Made by a program: the position numbers and the translations under genes | In this document: piece after piece, positions 1 to 9,805 of the stretch | How positions within the stretch are numbered: position 1 is the first letter of the stretch | Layout of the letters: every line of letters starts with the position of its first letter | The notes under the pieces: generated by a model | Databases searched by the model: none | The model's input: only the letters and a program-made list of their open reading frames with translations | What the model was told of the DNA's origin: nothing | Origin: Gemmatimonas sp. | Lineage (GTDB): Bacteria; Gemmatimonadota; Gemmatimonadetes; Gemmatimonadales; Gemmatimonadaceae | DNA length: 64,000 nt | Assembly: GCA_965279375.1 (NCBI GenBank) | Contig: OZ257156.1 | Span: 5,216,001 to 5,280,000, forward strand | Reading direction: 5' to 3'

Positions 1-513
1 GCTGCCGTCGGCGAGATTGATGGAATCCCGCGCGCCCACCTTGGTGGCGAACACCTGCTCGGCGGTCGGCGCGTCAGACCCACGCCGATTGACCACGAAG
101 ACGGCAAGCGCCGCCGCGGCAGCCAGCGATGCCACCATCCAACCGCGGATCGGGCGGCGCGCCTCTGCCGCGATACGGGCAGGCGCTGGCCGACCACGCG
201 TTGCATCGGACGCCAAGCCGCCGCGCTCCACCGTGAGGGCCGGCGGGGCCATCGCTCCACCATCGTCCGCCATCCGAGCCCGAACACGCGCCAGCGCCGC
301 CTCCGTATCCACAGAGATCGCGGCCCTCGCCTCGGCGAGCCCAGCGCGGCGGTGCACCGCCTCGACCAGCGCGGCATCCCCGGGATGCGCAGCCAACCAT
401 GCCGCCACCGAACGCGCTTCGACGGGATCGCTCTCACCCGCGATGAAGCGGGCGATCGCGTCCCAATCGGCGGCGGAATCGTTGGAGGAAGGGAGACCGG
501 AGTCGTTCTGCAT
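1..513 (-). CDS. FecR-family anti-sigma factor (5' part; runs off the window edge)
   Basis: Not in the ORF track; translated by hand from ATG at 513: MQNDSG...DWDAIARFIAGESDPVEARSVAAWLAAHP (FecR N-terminal helix), a TM segment (WMVASLAAAAALAVFVV), then FATKVGARDSINLADGS (start of the FecR domain). Divergent from an ECF sigma gene. Confidence 0.88.
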   Translation of the reverse strand, partial: MQNDSGLPSSNDSAADWDAIARFIAGESDPVEARSVAAWLAAHPGDAALVEAVHRRAGLAEARAAISVDTEAALARVRARMADDGGAMAPPALTVERGGLASDATRGRPAPARIAAEARRPIRGWMVASLAAAAALAVFVVNRRGSDAPTAEQVFATKVGARDSINLADGS

Positions 514-520
514 ACCCTGA

Positions 521-547
521 GAACACGGAAGCGGAAAACCACCCTAC
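521..547 (-). promoter_or_regulatory. Putative ECF-sigma promoter for fecR (GTAGGGTGG-N12-GTGTTC)
   Basis: Minus strand reads GTAGGGTGG ttttccgcttcc GTGTTC tcagggt ATG. The same bipartite motif with the same spacing occurs at 1279-1305. Confidence 0.65.
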
Positions 548-701
548 GTGGCCAAACGGCTGTCGTCTTAACGTTCGCGCGGACGCAGCGTCGCCTTGTG
601 CGATGGCAGGACGGGATGAGTAGTATACGCTAGTAGAACGTCCGGTTCGCGGCCACCATAAGGACCGCGCGCCGCCAACTCGAACCCCTCAGCCCTGATT
701 C

Positions 702-1262
702 GTGGACGACCGTGACCTTCTGACGCGCCTTCGAGGCGGAGATCACACGGCGTTCGACGAGATCTTCCGGCAGTGGTACGAGCCCGTCGTCCGATCGGCC
801 AACCGGGTGCTTCACGACCCGGGGGTGGCCGAGGAACTCTCGCAGGATGTCTTTCTGGAGTTCTGGCGACGACGTGAAACGCTGGCCCCCGACAGCAGCA
901 TCGCGGGCTACCTGATGCAGGCGGTTCGCAACCGCTCGCTCAACCACCTGCGGCACCTGGCCGTCCAGAAGAAGAGCGTCGTCTATGTCGAAGCGCTGTC
1001 CGAACCCGCGGAGCAGGCCGATGTGGCCGTGCAGAGCGGTGAGGTCGAGCGCGCCATCGCCGATGCCATCGCCGAACTGCCGCCGCGCACGCGCGAGGTG
1101 TTCGTCATGAGCCGAGAGCGTGGACTGCGCTACAGCGAGATCGCCGATGAGTTGGGGATTTCCGTCAAAGCGGTGGAGGCCAACATGAGTCGCGCGTTGC
1201 GAATGCTGCGCGAGCTGTTGGCTCCGTTCCTCAAGGGTGACGACGAACTCGACGACGACTGA
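702..1262 (+). CDS. ECF RNA polymerase sigma-70 factor (FecI-like)
   Basis: GDHTAFDEIFRQWY, AEELSQDVFLEFW, AVRNRSLNHLR (region 2); LPPRTREVFVMSRERGLRYSEIADELGISVKAVEANMSRA (region 4); divergent fecR. Confidence 0.93.
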   Translation: MDDRDLLTRLRGGDHTAFDEIFRQWYEPVVRSANRVLHDPGVAEELSQDVFLEFWRRRETLAPDSSIAGYLMQAVRNRSLNHLRHLAVQKKSVVYVEALSEPAEQADVAVQSGEVERAIADAIAELPPRTREVFVMSRERGLRYSEIADELGISVKAVEANMSRALRMLRELLAPFLKGDDELDDD

Positions 1263-1278
1263 CGTCGATTGACCGCGG

Positions 1279-1305
1279 GTAGGGTGGGCAAACCGTCGTG
1301 TGTTC
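1279..1305 (+). promoter_or_regulatory. Putative ECF-sigma promoter (GTAGGGTGG-N12-GTGTTC)
   Basis: GTAGGGTGG gcaaaccgtcgt GTGTTC lies about 70 bp upstream of the lipoprotein start and matches the fecR upstream motif. Confidence 0.6.
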
Positions 1306-1377
1306 CTTGGCCAGAACGCCTGCTGTGCCGTCGCGACTCCCGTGACGCCTGCCGCAGCCGAACCCGAGGACCTCTCG

Positions 1378-2352
1378 ATGACCCGCTCCCGTACGCTGTC
1401 GCTGACCGTGGCCACGACGCTGTTTGGTCTGGCGGCGTGTTCATCCAATGACATGCTCTCGCCCAGCCGCGAGACGTTGGCGCTGACGGCCAGCGCATTC
1501 AATACGGCCCCGGCCGGCGTCAGCGAGACCAGCAACTCCTTCGCGCCCGGCGACGGATCTGCCGCGATGCCGTGGATGCCTGACCGCATGTCCGGCGGCC
1601 CGCTCGGCGCCGCGTTCGGTGGCTTTGGGGGCGGCGACGGTGGCCCTGGCGGCCCGGGGATGAAGGGGCTGATGGGCGGTGGTATGGATGGCGCGTTCGT
1701 GGGTGGAGATACGCGCGGCCGTGGCTCCGAGCGTGGGCCCTTCGCCGGCGGCATTGATGACTCGTGCGTCTTCAGCGCCACCACGGGCGACGTCACCTGC
1801 GGCCCCACCACACGCAACGGCCTGACGATCACGCGCATCAGCACCTTCAAGACGGCCGCCGGCACCGCGCAGGCCAAGCCGGACAGCACCACCGATTCCG
1901 ATCGGACGCGCATCACCGTCAGCGGCACCGTCACCCGTCGCGACAGCGTCACCGCCACTGTATCCAGCAGCAGCGACCGCACGACGATCGGGCTCGCCTA
2001 CAACAGCACCAAGCGCACCGTCAACGGCAAGTCGGCCGGCACGGAGAACGCCACTGGCAAGAACCGCGAGGGCAAACAGTTCACCTCCGTTCGCACCTCG
2101 GGCGATACGACCGTCAACCTCGTGATCCCCAAGTCCACCGACGGCAGCGCGCGCAGCTATCCCACCTCGGGAACGGTCACGCGCTCCATGAAGGTCGTGA
2201 TGACGATCGCCGGTTCGGCGGCTACGACGTCCACGCGCCGCGAGGTCATCACCTACGACGGCACGTCGACGGCGAAGGTGACGCTCACGTCGGATGGCAC
2301 GACCAAGTCCTGCACGATGGCGCTGCCGCGCGGTCGCCTCGTCTGCCCGTAA
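1378..2352 (+). CDS. Hypothetical lipoprotein with Gly-rich linker and Thr/Ser-rich beta-strand C-terminal region
   Basis: GAGGA RBS before ATG 1378; lipobox LFGLAAC; strong GC3 codon bias; terminator-like hairpin downstream. Confidence 0.8.
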   Translation: MTRSRTLSLTVATTLFGLAACSSNDMLSPSRETLALTASAFNTAPAGVSETSNSFAPGDGSAAMPWMPDRMSGGPLGAAFGGFGGGDGGPGGPGMKGLMGGGMDGAFVGGDTRGRGSERGPFAGGIDDSCVFSATTGDVTCGPTTRNGLTITRISTFKTAAGTAQAKPDSTTDSDRTRITVSGTVTRRDSVTATVSSSSDRTTIGLAYNSTKRTVNGKSAGTENATGKNREGKQFTSVRTSGDTTVNLVIPKSTDGSARSYPTSGTVTRSMKVVMTIAGSAATTSTRREVITYDGTSTAKVTLTSDGTTKSCTMALPRGRLVCP

Positions 2353-2371
2353 GTCGAGCAGCCCTGAAACG

Positions 2372-2403
2372 CCGAAGACGCTGCGGGAACGCGGCGTCTT
2401 CGG
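2372..2403. terminator. Hairpin between convergent genes, probable terminator
   Basis: ccgaagacgc-tgcg-ggaa-cgcg-gcgtcttcgg: 14-bp stem (one G-U) with a GGAA loop; no good U-tract. Confidence 0.6.
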
Positions 2404-2433
2404 AAAACCAGCGCACTCCTTCGGCCTGCGCGT

Positions 2434-3399
2434 CTATCTGATGCGCAGGCCGATTCTGTGTGCCGCAGGCCGCCCGCCGCGAAACGGCTCGATGGCGTAG
2501 TCCACGGAAAAGCGGTCGACCACGAGTCCGAGCCCGCCTGTGACGAACGACTCGTCGCGCTCGCGTGGCAATCGCATGCCGTTGCGCACCACGAGCGACA
2601 CGCCTTCGATGGGCACGAAGCCGAGCTCCACGCCGCCGGCCGGGCGCACGAAGCTGTTCCCTTCGAGCGTGACCTGCATTTGCGCACCGAGGTCGAGATG
2701 CTCGCCGATGGGGAACAGTCCGCCGCCCCAGCCGAGACCGATCTTCCGCGGCAGTGGGCCCTTCGCGCCGCCCAAGCGCAGCCCGGCGCCCAGGTTCTGT
2801 GCAACGAACGCGAGATTGGCCGGCCCCATCGGCATGACGAAGCCGAGGTCGAACGCCACGGTGCCGTCGTGCGCCGCGCCAAAGCGATCCTCGGCGTACT
2901 TGACCGCAGCACCCACGCGATAGCCCTTCACCGTGCGCCCCACGCCCACGGTGAACGCGCTGCTCGATGCCGCCACGGTGCCCGCATCGGAGAGGGTGGT
3001 GGCACCGGGCTTCACAACGTCGTTCCAGCGGCTGCCGGCAGGAGCGTTGTACGACGCGAACTGCGCGGCCACGGCCACGCTGAGCGAGCCGACCGTGGAG
3101 ACTGTTCCGAGCGCACCGGCGTTGCCGTTGTCGCCGTAGCGCTGCAGGGAGACGGCCATGCCGCGCGCGCCATTGAGTGCGCCCGGATTGTAAAGCAATG
3201 CGTCGCCGTCGTTGCCGGCCAGTCCGGCGTTGGCCATGGCGAGCAGGCGCGCGCTCGACGGCAGCCGCAGCACGAGCGGCGCTTCCGCGCGCGACGGCGG
3301 CCCGCTCGATTGCGCGTCGAGTGCGCGGACATTCCAGCCCAGGGATCCGGCGGCCACGAGGCTCGCCAGCAATGCGCGGTGCGGCGCGCGTGGGGTCAT
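2434..3399 (-). CDS. PorV/PorQ (FadL-like) outer-membrane beta-barrel protein
   Basis: Signal peptide, then [16 protein letters not shown]...[10 protein letters not shown] (typical PorV/FadL N-terminal motif), amphipathic beta strands and C-terminal [12 protein letters not shown] overlap with the msrB stop. Confidence 0.7.
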   Translation of the reverse strand: MTPRAPHRALLASLVAAGSLGWNVRALDAQSSGPPSRAEAPLVLRLPSSARLLAMANAGLAGNDGDALLYNPGALNGARGMAVSLQRYGDNGNAGALGTVSTVGSLSVAVAAQFASYNAPAGSRWNDVVKPGATTLSDAGTVAASSSAFTVGVGRTVKGYRVGAAVKYAEDRFGAAHDGTVAFDLGFVMPMGPANLAFVAQNLGAGLRLGGAKGPLPRKIGLGWGGGLFPIGEHLDLGAQMQVTLEGNSFVRPAGGVELGFVPIEGVSLVVRNGMRLPRERDESFVTGGLGLVVDRFSVDYAIEPFRGGRPAAHRIGLRIR

Positions 3400-3803
3400 G
3401 CGTTCTCCGAAGAAGGCTGAAACGACAGCGAGGCTGAGTTGATGCAATAGCGAAGTCCCGTCGGCTCCGGACCATCGTCGAAAAGATGGCCCAGATGTGC
3501 GTCGCAGCGCGCGCAGTGCACTTCAGTACGCACCATGAACCAACTGCGATCGACGGTGGTCTCGACGGCGGCCTGCAGGATCGGCGCGGAATAGCTGGGC
3601 CACCCCGTGCCGGAATCAAATTTGGTGTCGGAGGCGAACACCGCCGCGCCGCAGCAGATGCAGGTGTACGTGCCCGCCTCGTGATGATCCCAGAAGTCGC
3701 CGCTGAATGCACGCTCGGTGCCGTGCTCGCGGGTCACATGGTACTGCTGCTTGGTGAGCGTACGCGCCCATTCGTCATCGGTCTTGCGAATCTTGTCGGA
3801 CAT
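3396..3803 (-). CDS. msrB: Peptide-methionine (R)-S-oxide reductase
   Basis: [50 protein letters not shown]. Confidence 0.97.
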   Translation of the reverse strand: MSDKIRKTDDEWARTLTKQQYHVTREHGTERAFSGDFWDHHEAGTYTCICCGAAVFASDTKFDSGTGWPSYSAPILQAAVETTVDRSWFMVRTEVHCARCDAHLGHLFDDGPEPTGLRYCINSASLSFQPSSENA

Positions 3804-3921
3804 GTGTCAAATGAACGTGATGATCACACCCCTCGCCAGCGTTCCCTCGCCCAACGCTGCGCACAATCTCTCCCCCTCCGGTGCCGACCACGCTCCGTCC
3901 CGTGCCGGTGCCGCGTCGTGG

Positions 3922-4500
3922 ATGCTTGGTCCCCGCGTCCCGCAGACGAAGGGGACATTGTTGCGTCGAGTCGGCCTCTGGTTCCTGACCATCTCCGGAT
4001 GGCGGATCGAGGGCGCGATGCCCGATCTGCCGAAGTTCGTGGTGATCGTCGCGCACCATACGTCCAACTGGGACTTCCCGATCGGACTCGCCGCCAAGTG
4101 GGCCCTCGGACTCGATGTCCGTTGGCTCGGCAAGGACACGCTGTTTCGACCGCCCGTGGGGTGGTTCATGCGTGCGACAGGCGGTGTACCGGTGCGTCGT
4201 ACCAGTCGTGAGAACTTGGTAGAGCAGACGGCGCTCGAGTTCACGCAGCGCGAGCAGTTCGTGCTCGTGCTCGCACCAGAGGGCACGCGCAAGCGCGTCC
4301 CCGAGTGGAAGAGCGGCTTCTGGCATGTGGCCAAACGCGCGCAGGTCCCCATTTGCTGTGTCGCGCTCGACTGGAGTCGTCACGTAGTGCGCATGGGCCC
4401 CACGATCACGGCAGACGAAGACGATCCCGCCGCCGGCATTGCACGGATTCGCGGCTACTATGCGGACGTGCGCGGCTACGATCCTTCTCAGGAAACCTGA
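3922..4500 (+). CDS. Lysophospholipid (1-acyl-sn-glycerol-3-phosphate) acyltransferase family
   Basis: HHTSNWD (HX4D), APEGTR, WKSGFWHVA. Start uncertain (3811/3820 also in frame). Confidence 0.88.
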   Translation: MLGPRVPQTKGTLLRRVGLWFLTISGWRIEGAMPDLPKFVVIVAHHTSNWDFPIGLAAKWALGLDVRWLGKDTLFRPPVGWFMRATGGVPVRRTSRENLVEQTALEFTQREQFVLVLAPEGTRKRVPEWKSGFWHVAKRAQVPICCVALDWSRHVVRMGPTITADEDDPAAGIARIRGYYADVRGYDPSQET

Positions 4501-7079
4501 TGCGTCTCGTCCGTTCGGTCTGGCAGGTGCTGTGCTCATCGGCGGTCTGTTTGTCGCTCGCCGCTCCCGCTGCGGCGCAGCCGGCTGGCCCTCGTCCGCC
4601 GATGCCACCTCGCGTGGAGCCCACGCCGTTCAACGCGCTCGCTCCCGCCACCACGGACAGCAGCGGCCGCGCGGTGCGCGTGCAACTCGCGCCGGTCATC
4701 GATGGACGCGACGACGAAGCGGTGTGGCGATCGGCTCCGGCCATGACGCAGTTCCGGCAGTTCGATCCGGGCGAAGATCAGCCGACGGAGTTTCGCACGG
4801 AAGTCCGCGTGGCGTACGACGAAAAGAATCTCTACATCGCCGTGCGCGCCTTCGATCCGCATCCCGACAGCATCAGCAGCCTGCTCAGCCGCCGAGATGT
4901 GAAAACGGCGAGCGACCAGATCAAGATCATCATCGACGCCTACCACGATCGACGCACCGGCGTCGAAATGGCGATCAATCCCGCCGGCGTGAAGCGCGAT
5001 TTCTCCATCTACTCCGACGTCGTCGAAGATGCGACCTGGGATGGCGTCTGGGACGCAGCGGCCCGCGTGGACAGCCTGGGTTGGGTGGCCGAGTTTCGCG
5101 TTCCCTTCAGCCAACTGCGTTTCACGGCGCGCGATGCGCACGAATTCGGCTTTGGCGTCTGGCGCGACATCGCGCGCCGCAATCAGCGCGACGCCTGGCC
5201 GCGATATCGCATGTCCAAGCGCACGCTGATGTCGCAGCTGGGCACCATCTCGGGCATCGAACGCATAGCGCCACCGCGCCGTCTCGAAATGTTGCCATAC
5301 TCGGTCGCCAAGAGCACGCCCCTCACCGGCCCGACCGCGCACGGCAACACGTCGCAGCTCACCGGTGGGCTCGACGTGAAAGCAGGACTCGGCTCCAACA
5401 TCACGCTCGATGCCACGGTCAATCCGGACTTCGGGCAGGTCGAGGCCGATCCGGCCGTGCTCAATCTGTCGGCTTTCGAAATTCGCTTTGACGAGCGGCG
5501 TCCTTTCTTCCAGGAAGGCGCTGGGCTCTATCGCTGCGGCGGCCCGTGCGAAGGGATCTTCTACACGCGCCGCATCGGTCGGACGCCACAGCTCCGCGCC
5601 AACGCCGCCGATCCCGCGTTCACCACCATCACGGGCGCCGCGAAGATCACCGGCCGCTTCAGCAACGGCGTTGCCTTCGGCGTGGTCGATGCCACCACCG
5701 AGCGCGCGCGTGGCGTGAGTGCGCTGACCATCGAGCCGCGCACGAACTACTTCGTCGCTCGCGCGCTGCGTGAACTGCGCGGCGGTCGTACGCAGTTCGG
5801 CATGCAGCTCACCGACGTACGCCGGCAACTCGATGCCGCAACAGCGCCACTGCTCCGTCGCTCAGCGACCACGCTGCTGTTGCAGGGCTACACGCGCTTC
5901 GCCAAGGACAAGTGGGAATGGATGGGCTACTCTGCGGTCAATGATGTGCGAGGCAGTGCCGCCGCCATCGCCGCGACACAGCGCAGCAGCGTGCACTTCT
6001 GGCAGCGCCCCGACGACGAACGTGTGTACGACTCCACGCGCACCAGCATGGGCGGCGTGGTCGTGTCCACCGGCATCAAGCAGGTGGGTGGACGCGTGCG
6101 CTATGAGAACGTCGCGCGCTTTGCGGGTGCCGGTGTCGAGCTGAACGACCTGGGCTTCGTCACGCTCGTCAACGACATGTCGTTCAAGCAGGCGGTGGAC
6201 CTGCGACAGTTCAAGCCGAACCGCATTTTGCGGTCGTCGTTCTCCACCACGTCGTTCGAGACGCACTGGACGACTGGCGGCCTGTACGCGAGCCAGACCG
6301 CGGTGGTGCACACCAGTGGAAGCCTCGCCAACAACTGGGGCGGCGCGATCACCGCCACACTCAGCGATCTCGGTGGTACGCATTGCGTCAGCTGCGCACG
6401 CGGCGGGCCGGCGTTGCGTCAATCGGAGAAGTGGGGGATCCGTTTCGATCTCTCGGCGGATCCGCGGCCGAGTGTGGTGCCCAAGGCCGTGTTTCGTGTC
6501 GGCACGAGTGATGAGGGCAACTCGTGGTATCGCGGCGGGGAACTGGGCGTGGATGTGCGCATCGCGAGCCGTTTCTCCACTGGGGTGAACGCCAGCTACG
6601 ATCGTGTCATCAACGGCCAGCAGTGGGTGGGCAACTACGGCGCGCTACTGAGCGATACGACGCACTACACCTTTGCGCGTCTCGACCAGCACATTCTGGC
6701 ACTGACCGCGCGCGCCAACTGGACCGCCACGCCCACGCTGTCGTTTCAGCTCTACGCGCAGCCGTTCGTGTCTACAGGCGCGTATGCCGACTGGCGGGAA
6801 CTCGATCAGGCGCGGGCCGATCGCTTCGACGATCGCTTCCGCCCATTCCGCAGCGGTCTCGTGCCACCGGGCTTCAACGTCAAGCAGTTCAACTCCAACG
6901 CCGTCGTGCGCTGGGAATACCGACCCGCGAGTGCGCTGTTTCTCGTGTGGCAGCAGGGACGCGCCCCCAACACGCGCAACCCCGGCACCTTCGACGCCAC
7001 GCGCGACGTGGGCGATCTCTTCGGCAGCCGCCCGCTCAACACGTTGCTGGTCAAGTTCTCGTACTGGTTCAATCCGTAG
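4500..7079 (+). CDS. CBM9-like plus DUF5916 outer-membrane protein
   Basis: Signal peptide; PVIDGRDDEAVW, TEVRVAYD, WVAEFRVPFSQLRF, DATVNPDFGQVEAD, ERRPFFQE; C-terminal VKFSYWF. Start overlaps the upstream TGA. Confidence 0.85.
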   Translation: MRLVRSVWQVLCSSAVCLSLAAPAAAQPAGPRPPMPPRVEPTPFNALAPATTDSSGRAVRVQLAPVIDGRDDEAVWRSAPAMTQFRQFDPGEDQPTEFRTEVRVAYDEKNLYIAVRAFDPHPDSISSLLSRRDVKTASDQIKIIIDAYHDRRTGVEMAINPAGVKRDFSIYSDVVEDATWDGVWDAAARVDSLGWVAEFRVPFSQLRFTARDAHEFGFGVWRDIARRNQRDAWPRYRMSKRTLMSQLGTISGIERIAPPRRLEMLPYSVAKSTPLTGPTAHGNTSQLTGGLDVKAGLGSNITLDATVNPDFGQVEADPAVLNLSAFEIRFDERRPFFQEGAGLYRCGGPCEGIFYTRRIGRTPQLRANAADPAFTTITGAAKITGRFSNGVAFGVVDATTERARGVSALTIEPRTNYFVARALRELRGGRTQFGMQLTDVRRQLDAATAPLLRRSATTLLLQGYTRFAKDKWEWMGYSAVNDVRGSAAAIAATQRSSVHFWQRPDDERVYDSTRTSMGGVVVSTGIKQVGGRVRYENVARFAGAGVELNDLGFVTLVNDMSFKQAVDLRQFKPNRILRSSFSTTSFETHWTTGGLYASQTAVVHTSGSLANNWGGAITATLSDLGGTHCVSCARGGPALRQSEKWGIRFDLSADPRPSVVPKAVFRVGTSDEGNSWYRGGELGVDVRIASRFSTGVNASYDRVINGQQWVGNYGALLSDTTHYTFARLDQHILALTARANWTATPTLSFQLYAQPFVSTGAYADWRELDQARADRFDDRFRPFRSGLVPPGFNVKQFNSNAVVRWEYRPASALFLVWQQGRAPNTRNPGTFDATRDVGDLFGSRPLNTLLVKFSYWFNP

Positions 7080-7120
7080 CGGATCTCCCGATCCATACAC
7101 CAGCCGTCTCCACCCGCAGT

Positions 7121-7292
7121 ATCCGTGCGCGGTTTCCGTTCATCTCCGTTCGTATCCGTGGCCGAGCAGTTCATCCATCGTTTCCGCGCCAATCCCCTCG
7201 ATCGGTGCTCGGCGGGATGCAATGGCGGATAGGAACTGACGAACTGCTCGGCCACGGATAAGAGCCGATACGAACGGAGACTGCGCACGGAT
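7121..7292. repeat. 172-bp imperfect palindrome (REP/MITE-like)
   Basis: 7153-7172 is the exact reverse complement of 7241-7260 (20/20); 7121-7141 pairs with 7272-7292 with two G-U; inner hairpin atcccctcga/tcggcgggat. Confidence 0.85.
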
Positions 7293-7450
7293 CAAGCCCG
7301 TGCGGGGACTTCCCGACGGCTTGTGCTTGGGGAAGGGTGGGCAAGTTAGGTCGCCCAAAACGTGACGAAACCGTCGTGTTTTGGAACCCGCCCCCTTCCC
7401 CCCCGGCGGTCCTCGCGGAAGATTTTTGCCGTCCCTTCAGGAGAACCGAA

Positions 7451-9760
7451 ATGCGCGTGACGACCGTCGGCGTGGTCGGCGCTGGTGCGATGGGGAGCGG
7501 CATCGCCGCCCTCGCCGCGTCTGCTGGCTGCCGCGTCGTGTTGCTCGATATCCCGGGCGACCCGGATCCCAAGTCGCCCAATCGTAGCGCCCCCGCCAAG
7601 AACGGCCTCGCCAAAGCGGCCAAGTCCAAGCCGGCCTCGTTCATGGAAGCCGCCGCCGTCGCTCGCGTGCGCACGGGCAACACCGAGGATCACCTCGGCC
7701 TGCTCGCCGACTGCGACTGGATTTGCGAAGCGATCATCGAACTCGCCAAACCCAAGCAGCAGCTGTTCGCGCACGTCGAAGCGCTGATGAAGCCCACCGC
7801 GATCATCTCGTCGAATACGTCGGGCATCCCGATGGCGACGTTGCTCGAAGGGCGCAGCGAGAAGTTCCGGCGTCGCTTTCTTGGCACGCACTTCTTCAAT
7901 CCGCCGCGCTACATGCACCTGCTCGAGATCATCCCCACGGATGACACCGACCCGGCAGTGATTGGTGCGATGCGTGAGTTCGCGGAGCGCACGCTCGGCA
8001 AGGGGATCGTGATCGCCAAGGACGTGCCCGGGTTCATCGCCAATCGCCTCGGCGTATACGGCATGGTGGGCACGATGCGCCGCATGATGGAGCACGGGCT
8101 CACCATCGACGAAGTGGATGGGTTAACCGGCGCTTACATCGGACGCGCGCGCAGTGCCACCATGCGCACTGCCGATCTCTCGGGGCTCGATGTGCTTGCG
8201 CACGTCACCAAGGGGATCGGTGCAGCAACCGGTGAAGACATGTCGCTCCCCGACTGGGTGCTCGCGATGGTCGGCGAAGGGAAGCTCGGCGACAAGAGCG
8301 GCGGCGGCTTCTACACCAAGACCAAAACCGGCACGCTGACCTACGACTGGAAGACCAAGGCCTACGTACCGCAGCAGCGTCTCGAGGGCGGTGACATCGG
8401 GCAAGCGATTCGCATGCCCATCGCACAGCGCTTGCCCGCGGCCAAGCAGACGCCGGGTGCACAGGGCGCGTTCCTGCGTGACCATCTCGTGGACGCCGCG
8501 CACTACGCGCTCACACTCGCGCCCACGCTCGCCTACGACATCGTCGCGATCGATCGCGCGATGGAGTGGGGCTACGGTTGGGAAGCAGGACCGTTTCAGG
8601 TGATGGATGCACTGGGCCTCGACTGGCTCGCGTCGGAGTTCGCATCGCGCGGCCTCAGCACGCCGCCGCTCCTCGAACGCGCACACGGCAGCTTCTATCG
8701 CGAAGGCGAGTACCTCACCTTCGACGGCGAGTACGAGCCGCTGCCCGCGATTCCGGGCCGCATCTCGCTCGTGGGTCTCACCAAGAGCGGCCGTGTGCTC
8801 GAGGACAACGGTCTCTCCCGCCTCATCGATCTGGGCGACGGCGTGGCCTGCTTCGAGTTCCGCTCCAAGATGAACAGCTTGGGCGAAGGCGTACTCACGG
8901 GCTTGGCCAGCGCGCTGCGTCGCGTGGAGAAGAGCGGCTACGCTGGCCTCGTGATCGGCAACGAAGACGCGCGCGCCTTCAGCGTGGGCGCAGATCTTTC
9001 GCAGGTGTCGTTCGCAATTGCCGCTGGCGCGTGGGACGATATCGAAGCTTCGTGCAAGGCGTTCCAGGACAGCGTGATGTCCATCCGTCGTGCGCCCTTC
9101 CCTGTTGTCGTTGCACCTGCCGGCATGACCCTCGGTGGCGGTGCGGAGTTCACCCTCCACGCCGATGCGGTGCAGGCGCACGCCGAGACGTACATGGGAC
9201 TCGTGGAAGCCGGTGTTGGTCTGCTGCCAGGTGGCGGCGGCACCAAGGAGCTGCTCATGCGCTTCACCGCCGAACTGCAGAACTACGAAGAGGTCGATCT
9301 CTTCGCCGCGGTCAAGCGCGCGTTCAAGATCATCGCCTTCGCGACCACCAGCACCAGCGCACATGAAGCGAGAGCGTTGGGCTATCTGCGCCAGAGTGAC
9401 CGCATCAGCATGAACCGCGATCACCAGATCGCCGACGCGAAGGCGCGCGTGCTCGATCTCGCGCCCGGCTATCTCCCGCCGATCGAACGCACCGTGCGTG
9501 CGCTCGGCCGCGAAGGACTCGGCAATCTCGAGTACGCGCTCTGGGCCGCGAAGGAAGCGGGCCAGGCGTCGGCGCACGATGTGCGCGTGGGGCGTGCCAT
9601 GGCCTACGTGCTGTGCGGCGGCGATGGCGCACCGCGCGACGTGACCGAACAGGATCTGTTGGACCTCGAGCGCGAGCAGTTCATGAGCCTCCTTGGCACC
9701 AAGGAGACGCAGGAGCGCATCGCGTACACTCTCAAGACCGGCAAGCCGCTGCGCAATTGA
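7451..9760 (+). CDS. 3-hydroxyacyl-CoA dehydrogenase / enoyl-CoA hydratase (FadN-type domain order)
   Basis: AGGAGA RBS; GVVGAGAMGSGIA, SSNTSGI, GTHFFNPPRYM, PGFIANR; C-terminal crotonase FSVGADL, LGGGAE, GLVEAGVGLLPGGGG; ends GKPLRN. Confidence 0.95.
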   Translation: MRVTTVGVVGAGAMGSGIAALAASAGCRVVLLDIPGDPDPKSPNRSAPAKNGLAKAAKSKPASFMEAAAVARVRTGNTEDHLGLLADCDWICEAIIELAKPKQQLFAHVEALMKPTAIISSNTSGIPMATLLEGRSEKFRRRFLGTHFFNPPRYMHLLEIIPTDDTDPAVIGAMREFAERTLGKGIVIAKDVPGFIANRLGVYGMVGTMRRMMEHGLTIDEVDGLTGAYIGRARSATMRTADLSGLDVLAHVTKGIGAATGEDMSLPDWVLAMVGEGKLGDKSGGGFYTKTKTGTLTYDWKTKAYVPQQRLEGGDIGQAIRMPIAQRLPAAKQTPGAQGAFLRDHLVDAAHYALTLAPTLAYDIVAIDRAMEWGYGWEAGPFQVMDALGLDWLASEFASRGLSTPPLLERAHGSFYREGEYLTFDGEYEPLPAIPGRISLVGLTKSGRVLEDNGLSRLIDLGDGVACFEFRSKMNSLGEGVLTGLASALRRVEKSGYAGLVIGNEDARAFSVGADLSQVSFAIAAGAWDDIEASCKAFQDSVMSIRRAPFPVVVAPAGMTLGGGAEFTLHADAVQAHAETYMGLVEAGVGLLPGGGGTKELLMRFTAELQNYEEVDLFAAVKRAFKIIAFATTSTSAHEARALGYLRQSDRISMNRDHQIADAKARVLDLAPGYLPPIERTVRALGREGLGNLEYALWAAKEAGQASAHDVRVGRAMAYVLCGGDGAPRDVTEQDLLDLEREQFMSLLGTKETQERIAYTLKTGKPLRN

Positions 9761-9805
9761 GCAGGCTCGTTGCTTCGCTCACTTCGTACGCAGGAGCATT
9801 CGCAG

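Noticed and set aside
7333..7360. AGGGTGGGCAA resembling the ECF motif at 1281
   Set aside because: It lacks the initial GT and has no GTGTTC at the required spacing.
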